Positions 23,774-34,225 of a stretch of DNA of 42,896 bases are shown here, in pieces (the first letter of the stretch is position 1; every line of letters begins with the position of its first letter). Source of the DNA: Nemertoderma westbladi. Taxonomy: Eukaryota > Animalia > Xenacoelomorpha. The stretch is taken from contig JAUCBJ010006970.1 in assembly GCA_032718475.1 (NCBI GenBank), positions 1 through 42,896 of the forward strand. Direction: 5' to 3'. A model generated the notes under the pieces. The model did not search any database. It saw only the letters and a program-made list of their open reading frames with translations, and was not told the DNA's origin. A program made the position numbers and the translations under genes.

Positions 23774-25065
23774 GTTTAGCTATACAGTTGAATGCTTACT
23801 GCTATAGTTACAGTTAAAGCAAGTCTAGTAATTCAGTATGACCGTTGGCCTAGTACCGGTAATTTATTGCAGTAGATTAGAATACCGGTATGCACTTATA
23901 ACATATATAAGTATTGTAAACTAGTTTTGTCACAGAGTACCGGTATATAAATTTAGCACAAATATATATAAATATATAATAGGCCTATCGTGAATACCGG
24001 TATACAGCTTACACTGATAGTTTATATGAGTATAATTATGGACTAGAATTAATTACAGAGTACCGGTATGATTTCAGCTTAAATTTATAGAAATAAATAT
24101 AATAAGCCTATGGTAAATACCGGTATGTCAATTATTTTAGAATAATTGAATTTCTGAATATTTTAGGGTTACTTGGTTACTTTAACTTACTTTATTACCG
24201 TTATTTAAGCAGTATTCCAACTGATATTGAGACCTAGTTGTTGTATGGCAGGCCTACTATTTATAAATCGTTTGAGTTGATTTATAATAGATATATACCC
24301 GTTTAAAATGGGTTTTGTCAATATTTGAAATAAATGTTATTATTTCTGGGGGAGTCACTACACAGAAGCTGTGCGCTCTCAGTGGAGTGCTACTTATGGG
24401 ACACTAAAACAGATAATTCTAATTTACCTAAGTTACTTAATACTACAAATTACTTACGATACGGGTGAGATTAATTCTCTAATTAAACACAACAAAAATA
24501 TTACGTACGAATTTTTAGGGTAATTTTACAGGATGTCTACAAACCAGTCTAACAAAGGGTTAGAATTCGGTTTATTACAACGGACAGGGTACTACGGTAT
24601 TTGAAAATAATAAGTAGTAGTAAATATATTGCACTGTCCAGATAGGAAAATACCACCGCCTGACGACCTATAGCCGTATCGCTATAGGTACTACGTTATG
24701 TATCACGGAGTGTTCCTACCTAGAAGTTAATTACCGCGGACTACCAGATCCAACGTGCCTATTAACCACTTTACAACACAAATATACTGCCTACACACTA
24801 ATTACCTTCGGAAAGCACTGTACACTAAACCCTAAATTAGGTACAAGTACTGGTACAACAAATAATCAGTAGTTAAATATACTTGAACAGTTAAAAGAAC
24901 CACGGCATCTGCTGGAGTGACCGGTGCACAAAATCACCAGTCTTGTCCTACGCCAAGCAGCCCGTGTAGTACCGGAGTTAATTTAACTATAACGGTATGT
25001 GTAACAAACACAATTACTGTAGGAATAAACTTGGGGACATGAATGTTGCGAATAATCGCATAAAC

Positions 25066-25648
25066 TCTGAATAATAAATATTACGCTACCCGTACAGAAT
25101 ACTCAAACAAAATACAAACCAAACGCTGGCAGACTACCACCAAGCCTAAATAAACTACTGTATGTGCAGATTCCAAAACGGTTAGTTAGTATGCGTTCTA
25201 ACACGGTAGTACGACTTATTCTTTAAGAGGGGATTGACCTTACAGCTATGGCTGCCCCAACTTACTAACTGGCACTTTATCAGACAAACTCTACACAAGC
25301 AGCAATCTCTTCAGACCTAATAATAGCTAGACAACAATCCAGCCTACAAAATATCTGAGTAATAAACTATTACGGTACCTGAACAGACCACACAAACAAA
25401 CACAGGCCAAAACGCTGGCAGAATACTGTCAAGCCTAAATAAACTACAGTATGTGCAGATTCCAAAATGGTTAGTTAGTATGCGTTCTAACACGGTAGTA
25501 CGACTTATTCTTTAAGAGGGGATTGACCTTACAGCTATGGCTGCCCCAACTTACTAACTGGCACTCTATCGGACAAACTCTACACACGCCGTAATCTCTC
25601 CAAACCCAACAACAATCTAACAACAGTCCGGCCTACAATTATCTGAAC
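25066..25648. repeat. Two-copy 289-bp tandem duplication in the BEL 5' leader
   Basis: CAAGCCTAAATAAACTAC... at 25141 and 25430; ~150-bp core near-identical, flanks diverged. Confidence 0.93.
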
Positions 25649-25818
25649 AATCTGAGCAGACTTACACGTCTTCAGCTCAATATTAACTTACATGTAAATA
25701 AAACCGACAGAAATAAGTAAAATCTCAATAAAAAATCAGGGCTGCAGTCCCTGATTAAATACTAAGACCTACCGGTATACAATAATCAAAATCGAATAAT
25801 ACTAATGTACTTATACTG

Positions 25819-25945
25819 GAAGTACCGGTTAGGACAGTTGGGCCTACGGACCTACAGAAGTACCGGTTCTGGCAGTTGGACCTACGGACCTACAGCAGTA
25901 CCGGTTCTGGCAGTTGGGCCTACTGACCTACAGAAGTACCGGTTC
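25819..25945. repeat. 38-bp tandem repeat (~3.3 copies) with ACCGGT cores, near the 5' LTR
   Basis: G(A/C)AGTACCGGTT... starts at 25819, 25857, 25895 and 25933. Confidence 0.92.
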
Positions 25946-25999
25946 AGGTTTACCGGTTGACCGGTACTTTCAACTTTATTGCTTACTGCAATAAAGTCA

Positions 26000-26010
26000 A
26001 TAACTGTTAT
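26000..26010 (-). other. Primer-binding-site position, non-tRNA type (ATAACAGTTAT)
   Basis: First 11 nt after the 5' LTR on the - strand; no TGG; perfectly complementary to the - strand at 26771-26781 within the LTR. Confidence 0.5.
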
Positions 26011-27276
26011 TGTACGCGCTTTTGAAGACCTTTAGCAGTTTAACCTGCCAAAATTTATATGTCTTTTGGTTTATAAATAGACTTTAGAAGATGACAAATA
26101 TTTAATACCAATAAACACAACATTAGCAGAAGCCAGCCTAGTGCGCGTCCATTCACCCGCTGGATATTCCCGGGAGACTGGATTCTGAGGGCTTAGATTA
26201 TTATTGCAGTGTAAGCTTACTGTATTGTATTATTCGATTGATCATTAATAAATAATTTCTGACTAATATTATTCACTTTCGGGAAATATTAACAGTTCCT
26301 TTAGGACGTGGCGCTCTATCTAGGTAAACAGAGATATGACTTATACTAATCACAACGGCAAGTCGGTAAGGCTTATGATTCACGTATGAGGCGCATTCTT
26401 TAGGAAATGCTTAGTTATCAGTCACAATCATGCACACTACCGGTAACACACAATACTGCTCACTAATTTGCCGACCGTCAATGAATTTTATCATATATAG
26501 AGAGAACAGCAACGGACCAATGTAGTGCTTATCAAATAGCATTAAATTCACTACATACACAATAATATAAGTCGCAATCGCTATATATAACCCGTCTCTC
26601 TAACCTGTAGTGTATCAAGAAAATTGGGAAATTTGGGTTCTTTATAAATGTTCTCCAAATAATATTCAACCAACTAATACAACATATGACAACAGTAAAA
26701 AGCATTAAGACGGTAGGTTAAGATATGATATAACAATGTATGTGCCGATTGAGTCGTTAAGATTGATATGATAACAGTTATACGCTCTATAATCTTAAGC
26801 CTACTAATGTTTCTTCTAAAGTATGAAAACGAATTGACTCTAGAGCCGGTGTTCCTGGCCTAGATACAAACAACAGTATCACAAAAAACAGTAAGACTGA
26901 ACACTCCTAGTATGATCGACCGAATATCTACACGTCGACAGAAAAAATCGCTCTGATTGGCTTAAGCTAAACAAAGAACCATGTGGCCAATGGCTGTTTC
27001 CATGTCAGCAACCAGCTGTTAGATGTCGTAATATGAATCATCCCGGCTAAGCTGTGAAAGGTATTTGGTGCATTGCAGGTTTTTTGCCTTACCATGTCCT
27101 CCAAAACACGTATGTAGCAGAATGACTTTTATGTCCGTTAAAACACCTATAACGGTACCTTGAGGGCGAGGGGAATATATATATAGTTATAGAGCCTTTT
27201 AGAGTATTCCAGCGCCTAGGGGGAAAACTGGATTGCGAAGCAAAAGGGCCAGTTATATCCCACAGAAGCTTTTACA
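26011..27276 (-). repeat. 5' LTR of the BEL/Pao element
   Basis: 1266 bp, TG...CA ends, upstream of gag on the - strand. CCAAT boxes near 26956-26960 (-) and 26987-26991 (+). Confidence 0.97.
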
Positions 27277-27626
27277 TAATTTGTTTAACTGGCATACTTA
27301 ACATTGTTCCAATTTTTTGAGCTCCATAGCCCATCATTGTTCCAATTCTCCGGTAGACTATCATTACGGCCCTCCTAATTTGTTTCAAATTTGTTTCACT
27401 GGCATACATAGCATTGCAGGTAGGATACCATTACATTACGTGATTTGGTTGGTTTTTTTTACTTATTTTTTTTCAAGATATTTTTTCCACTTATTTATTA
27501 TTTAAATATTTTATCAAGAGTTTTATAGTGGCAGCCATGGGCCACCATACCAGCTGCAAAAAGCCCCAATTAAATCTCGCTGATTGAGCAACTGAAGTTG
27601 CCGTTCCTCAATGGGAGGGAGTTCTC

Positions 27627-27902
27627 GTGGAGTGGGTGGTCGCGGTGGAACTCACGATAAGGGAAGTCCAGGGAAGTAGAACGGTGGAGTGAGGGGTTGC
27701 GGTGGAACACACGATAATGGAAGTCCAGGGAAGTAGAACGGTGGAGTGGGGGGTTGCGGTGGAACACACAATAAGGGAAGTCCAGGGAAGTAGAACGGTG
27801 GAGTGGGGGGTCGCTGTGGAACACACGATAAGGGAAGTCCAGGGAAGTAGAACGGTGGAGTGGGGGGTTGCGGTGGAACACACGATAAGGGAAGTAGAAC
27901 GG
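27627..27902. repeat. G-rich 57-bp tandem repeat, ~4.8 copies
   Basis: Unit GATAAGGGAAGTCCAGGGAAGTAGAACGGTGGAGTGGGGGTTGCGGTGGAACACAC. Confidence 0.93.
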
Positions 27903-28559
27903 AGGTATTGTTGGTCGCAAGGAACCGCCAGGGACTTTCTTGTGCGGAATTCCCTCGGGAATCTCTGGCTAATGTTGAATTCTTGAATACAAATGAGAAA
28001 TGACGGCAGCGGCGGTGATTCCGTACTTAAACGGAGAGCCGACATCTGCACTGCGTGTCGTGGTAGCGCAGAAAACCGTGTTACACCTGCAGAAAATGTG
28101 GTCATTATAATTCAATTTGTTTTCGTTTTAAATACAAATGCAGGACATTTAAATCAAACACAGCACACGGTACAACATGTTTATGTTAGCTGCAATGGCT
28201 CAAACGAAGGTCGGAAAGATTTATACTAGACTGCAGTAGTTAGTATGTACTACAACACGTTCGTGGGGACTTCGCGCAGCACGTAGTCGGCAAGCCTTGG
28301 CATACGGTTCATATAGAGCAAATGGGGCATGTCTAGTTTGAACCCCATATCCCATGCTATAAATGTATTCATTCGATATACAATCATATGTTAATCCGCT
28401 AGGTGGTGTCAAATTGTTATTCTGCAATTTTGTACTTACCAGTGCAGCACTGTACAGCAGTACCGTACCGGTAGGCCTATGTCATTACTTCTGAGTCTCT
28501 AGCGGATCCCCAATTAAATGTCTTAACTTTTCAATTTCGTAAAAGATAGACTTCATGAT

Positions 28560-28895
28560 TCTCTACAGGCCACCAAAATTTCAGCTCAGGAAAATGAGGC
28601 CTTCCCGAGAAATTTAACATTTTCTAAAAACCACAAAATCTGTCGTAGCTGACGTCAGACTGCATGATTTTTCACCAAACTTTACAAACTTTCTAAACTT
28701 TCTCTCTACTACTTGCCTACTAAGTTTGGTTCAATTCCGAACCAGCGATGCCGAGAAATTCGCGTTCAAACATTTACCAGACAGACGGACGGACAGACAG
28801 ACAGACGAACAGACAGACAGACGGACATGCCCCATTTACCCTATATGAACCGTATGCCAAGGCTGAAGGCTCGCCGACTACGTGTCTCGCCCCAC
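28560..28895 (+). mobile_element. DINE-1/HINE-like (non-autonomous Helentron-type) interspersed repeat; boundaries approximate
   Basis: AAAATTTCAGCTC and AAGTTTGGTTCAATTCCGA blocks followed by a (GACA/GACG)n microsatellite (28778-28826) ending GGACATG, an arrangement typical of these elements. Confidence 0.5.
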
Positions 28896-29513
28896 AACCT
28901 GACAAAAACAACTAGAACTACAGCTGTACAGTCACAGTCACTATGATTATATCAGTATCAGATCAGAAACAAATAGTAGCACTGAATAACGTGCTAAATG
29001 AGCTAATGGGGGCAACTACTGTACCAGGGAAAAACTACTGAAGTTAGGCCGTTACCTTAATGAGGCTTTTCGGGTTAGGGAGAACATTGTACAATGTCGT
29101 TCCATATAATATTCATATCAATTATTTTTGTGGGAATTATACAGTATGTGCTTTTCGTCATTTTATTTTTCAAACCTAAAATTTATTTTATATTAGTGGA
29201 TTTTCTTTGTGTTTATTATCTTCTTATAGTTATTTGTGCAATTAATTGTGCGGTCACTAATGGCCTTAATTGGTTGATGTGCCTATTAAATATAAACCTC
29301 TTATTATTTTAGGCCTGTAGCTATCGCAGTATCGGTAGTATAGCTGTAGTCCTGTAGATATACATACCGGTGAAGCAGAGCATTTTGAACTTTGAATTTC
29401 CACCCCCCAAAAAATAGTATACCGGCACCTGTCTGCCAGTATACCTGTATACTGGTACGTGGATATACTGCAGTCCCAGTATTCATTCAGTCATTGATTG
29501 ACATAATTCAGTA

Positions 29514-30254
29514 ATGCCTTGGTTTGATGATTTGCATTACGTTTTGGGAATAATCCTGTGTGCCCTGGCTACTGTTATTCTCTCTTCTCTCTATAGATTT
29601 ATTGTAACTAACGATTTACAACAACTCGAAGATAATGAAACCCAGACTGCAGTATCATTAGAACGTGCACCTGGAGTGCAGGTCGAACACGTTACATCGT
29701 CGTCCAAGTCGGACGGGTCTGACAAAACGAACGAGGCTAGAGATGCAGGGAACGAAGTGAACGAGGCATCAGATTCGGTTGAGAAGGAAGGCAGAGATGA
29801 TTCTATCGCCTTACGGGATCGGGTTCAGGATTCCCGAGTTACAACAACGAATGCGGAGAACGCAACCGCGCCGCATCCCGGAATGCCACCTGGATTGATG
29901 GCGTTTTGTCCGTTCTTGTCTAGCGGATCCGATGGGGGAGCTGAGGAACCGGAGATTGGGGAGGATATTGCCGATGTTCGCTCCGATACTGCCTCGGTAC
30001 TGGCTCCCAACGCGAACGCTAAACGGGATCCCACCGAGTTTATGGATCACATAGCGAGCGAGTACAAGAAGACTGAGTTGCGCCAGACAGCTCGACGCCT
30101 GGAGGCGAGTCTCACCGCGGAGGAGCTGCTGGAAGAACGCGAGGTGCGACGGAACCAGTTGGAGAAGATGTGCCAACTCATGGCGGATAATCCCGCAGTA
30201 TTCGGACTGGAATCCGACGCGGATGTCAGAGAACAAATGAAACTCTACGTTTAG
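29514..30254 (+). CDS. MXRA7: Matrix-remodelling-associated protein 7-like single-pass membrane protein (246 aa)
   Basis: N-terminal hydrophobic helix (YVLGIILCALATVILSSLY), acidic disordered middle, and C-terminal LTAEELLEEREVRRNQLEKMCQLMADNPAVFGLESDADVREQMKLYV, matching the MXRA7 C-terminal helical motif as I recall it. GC-rich island in AT-rich flanks; AATAAA downstream. Confidence 0.85.
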   Translation: MPWFDDLHYVLGIILCALATVILSSLYRFIVTNDLQQLEDNETQTAVSLERAPGVQVEHVTSSSKSDGSDKTNEARDAGNEVNEASDSVEKEGRDDSIALRDRVQDSRVTTTNAENATAPHPGMPPGLMAFCPFLSSGSDGGAEEPEIGEDIADVRSDTASVLAPNANAKRDPTEFMDHIASEYKKTELRQTARRLEASLTAEELLEEREVRRNQLEKMCQLMADNPAVFGLESDADVREQMKLYV

Positions 30255-30287
30255 ATTCCTCGTGGATTTATCTCATCTACTTACGGG

Positions 30288-30293
30288 AATAAA
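30288..30293 (+). promoter_or_regulatory. Candidate polyadenylation signal of the MXRA7-like gene
   Basis: AATAAA 33 nt after the stop codon, followed by T/GT-rich sequence. Confidence 0.5.
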
Positions 30294-30708
30294 GTCAGTT
30301 TATTGTATCGATATAATAAGTTTATTGTTTTTCAGATTATATGTTTATTGTTTATTATAGTAAACGCTTAGTACTAAAAGTTATGAGATGTAATCATTGT
30401 TAATTGTAATTATTTATTCTTTAAATTCTTATTACGGGAAATATCATAGTAAAATATCTACCACTATCCGCTCTACTATCAGACTATAGGTGTCTGAAAC
30501 TCGATAATAAAAACCTTATAATATATATATAGTTTTATATTAATCTTTAATAATTCTGTACTTTTGTATTTTTGTATATTGAATATTCCGTTTAGCTTGT
30601 TGCGCATAAGTAGTGGTACCGGTACACAGAGTAGGACGCAGTAAGTGGTAGGCCTACACAATAGTAGGCGCAGCAAGTGGTACTCTGCTACTGTGGCTAC
30701 TAAAGTGG

Positions 30709-33700
30709 CTACTCTGTGTACCACTTACTGCATCCTACTCTGTGTGTACCACTTACTTCGTCCTACTCTGTGTACCACTTACTGCGTCCTACTCTATGTA
30801 CCACTTACTGCGTCCTACTCTGTGTACCACTTACTGCGCCACTATGTGTACCACTTACTGCGCCTACTATGTGTACCACTTACTGCGTCCTACTCCTACT
30901 ATGTGTACCACTTACTGCGCCTACTATGTGTACCACTTACTGCGCCTATTATGTGTACCACTTACTGCGCCTATTATGTGTACCACTTACTGCGTCCTAC
31001 TCTATGTGTTTCCACTTACTGCGCCTACTGTGTGTACCACTTACTGCGTCCTACTCTGTGTACCACTTACTGCGCCACTATGTGTACCACTTACTGCGCC
31101 TACTATGTGTACCACTTACTGCGTCCTACTCTATGTGTTTCCACTTACTGCGCCTACTCTGTGTACCACATACTGCGTCCTACTCTGTGTACCACTTACT
31201 GCGCCTACACTGTGTACCACATACTGCGTCCTACTCTATGTGTACCACTTACTGCGCCTACTAGGTGTACAACTTACTGCGTCCTACACTGTGTACCACA
31301 TACTGCGCCTACACTGTGTACCACTTACTGCGTCCTACTATGTGTACCACCTACTGCGCCTACTATGTGTACCACTTACTGCGTCCTACTATGTGTACCA
31401 CTTACTGCGCCACTCTGTGTACCACATACTGCGTCCTACTCTATGTGTACCACTTACTGCGCCACTATGTGTACCACATACTGCGTCCTACTCTGTGTAC
31501 CACTTACTGCGCCTACTCTGTGTACCACTTACTGCGCCTACTCTGTGTACCACTTACTGCGCCACTATGTGTACCACTTACTGCGCCTACTCTGTGTACC
31601 ACTTACTGCGCCTACTCTGTGTACTACATACTGCGTCCTACTATGTGTACCACTTACTGCGCCGCTATGTGTACCACATACTGCGTCCTACTCTGTGTAC
31701 CACTTACTGCGCCTACTCTGTGTACCACTTACTGCGCCTACTCTGTGTACCACATACTGCGTCCTACTCGGTGTACCACATACTGCGTCCTACTCTGTGT
31801 ACCACTTACTGTGCCTACTATGTGTACCACATACTGCGCCTACACTGTGTACCACTTACTGCGCCTACTCTGTGTACCACATACTGCGTCCTACTCTGTG
31901 TACCACATACTGCGTCCTACTCTATGTGTATCACTTACTGCGCCACTATGTGTACCACTTGCTGCGCCTACTCTGTGTACCATTTACTGCGTCCTACTCT
32001 GTGTACCACTTACTGCGCCACTATGTGTACAACTTACTGCGTCCTACACTGTGTACCACATACTGCGCCCTACACTGTGTACCACTTACTGCGCCACTAT
32101 GTGTACCACTTGCTGCGCCTACTCTGTGTACCATTTACTGCGTCCTACTCTGTGTACCACTTACTGCGCCACTATGTGTACCACCTACTGCGTCCTACAC
32201 TGTGTACCACTTACTGTGCCACTATGTGTACCACTTACTGCGCCACTATGTGCACCACTTACTGCGCCTACTCTGTGTACCACTTACTGCGTCCTACTCT
32301 ATGTGTACCACTTACAGCGCCTACTCTGTGTACCATTTACTGCGCCACTATGTGTACCACTTACTGCGCCTACTCTGTGTACCACTTACTGCGCCTACTC
32401 TGTGTACCACTTACTGCGTCCTACTCTGTGTACCACTTACTGCGCCACTATGTGTACCACTTACTGCGCCACTATGTGTACCACTTACTGCGCCAACTCT
32501 GTGTACCACTTACTGCGCCTACTCTGTGTACCACTTACTGCGCCACTATGTTTACCACCTACTGCGTCCTACTCTGTGTACCACTTACTGCGCCACTATG
32601 TGTACCACTTACTGCGTCCTACTCTGTGTACCACTTACTGCGTACTACTCTGTGTTTCCACTTACTGCGCCACTATGTGTACCACTTACTGCGCCACTAT
32701 GTGTACCACTTACTGCGCCACTATGTGTACCACCTACTGCGTCCTACACTGTGTACCACATACTGCGCCCTACACTGTGTACCACTTACTGCGTCCTACT
32801 CTATGTGTACCACTTACTGCGCCTACTCTGTGTACCACTTACTGCGCCACTATGTGTACCACCTACTGCGTCCTACACTGTGTACCACATACTGCGCCCT
32901 ACACTGTGTACCACTTACTGCGCCACTATGTGTACCACTTACTGCGCCTACTCTGTGTACCACTTGCTGCGTCCTACTCTATGTGTACCACTTACTGCGC
33001 CACTATGTGTACCACCTACTGCGTCCTACACTGTGTACCACTTACTGCGCCTACTATGTGTACCACCTACTGCGCCTACTCTGTGTACCACCTACTGCGC
33101 CACTATGTGTACCACTTACTGCGCCTACTATGTGTACCACCTACTGCGCCTACTCTGTGTACCACCTACTGCGCCACTATGTGTACCACCTACTGCGTCC
33201 TACACTGTGTACCACTTACTGCGTCCTACTCTGTGTACCACTTACTGCTCCTACTCTGTGTACCACTTACTGCGCCTACTCTGTGTACCACTTACTGCGC
33301 CTACTATGTGTACCACATACTGCGCCTACTCTGTGTACCACCTACTGCGCCACTATGTGTACCACCTACTGCGTCCTACACTGTGTACCACATACTGCGC
33401 CCTACACTGTGTACCACTTACTGCGCCTACTCTGTGTACCACTTACTGCGCCTACTCTGTGTACCACTTACTGCGCCTACTCTGTGTACCACTTACTGCG
33501 CCTACTCTGTGTACCACTTACTGCGCCTACTCTGTGTACCACTTACTGCGCCTACTCTGTGTACCACTTACTGCGTCCTACTCTGTGTACCACTTACTGC
33601 GCCGCTATGTGTACCACTTACTGCGCCACTATGTGTACCACTTACTGCGCCTACTCTGTGTACCACTTGCTGCGTCCTACTCTATGTGTACCACTTACTG

Positions 33701-34225
33701 CGCCTACTCTGTGTACCACTTACTGCGCCTACTATGTGTACCACCTACTGCGCCTACTCTGTGTACCACCTACGGCGCCACTATGTGTACCACTTACTGC
33801 GTCCTACTCTGTGTACCACTTACTGCGTACTACTCTGTGTTTCCACTTACTGCGCCACTATGTGTACCACTTACTGCGTCCTACTCTGGGTGCCACTTAC
33901 TGCGCCTACTATGTGTACCACTTACTGCGCCACTATGTGTACCACCTACTGCGTCCTACTCTGTGTACCACTTACTGCGCCACTATGTGTACCACTTACT
34001 GCGCCTACTATGTGTACCACTTACTGCGCCTACTCTGTGTACCACTTACTGCGTCCTACTCTGTGTACCACTTACTGCGCCACTATGTGTACCACTTACT
34101 GCGCCACTATGTGTACCACTTACTGCGTCCTACTCTGTGTACCACTTACTGCGCCACTATGTGTGCCACTTACTGCGCCTACTATGTGTACCACATACTG
34201 CGTCCTACACTGTGTACCACTTACT
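30709..34225. repeat. 3.5-kb minisatellite of 24-28-bp variant units
   Basis: Core TGTGTACCACTTACTGCG followed by CCACTA, CCTACTC, TCCTACTC or TCCTACTCTA. About two inverted units lie at 30612-30683. Confidence 0.98.

Larger units (their letters stand above)
10089..27276 (-). mobile_element. Full-length BEL/Pao (Belpaoviridae) LTR retrotransposon, 17188 bp
   Basis: Two 1266-bp direct repeats bounded by TGTA...TACA; 5-bp TSD TAATT at 10084-10088 and 27277-27281; internal gag-PR-RT-RH-IN domain order and BEL-type motifs. Confidence 0.97.

Noticed and set aside
27570-28105. ORFs of 94-165 aa with repeated peptides
   Set aside because: They coincide with the 57-bp tandem repeat and are open on both strands; no other coding evidence.
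11994-30254. TAG reassignment (alternative genetic code) as an explanation for the in-frame TAGs
   Set aside because: The MXRA7-like gene ends in TAG at the expected C-terminus, and the TAG at 4675 is visibly a CAG>TAG variant within a repeat.
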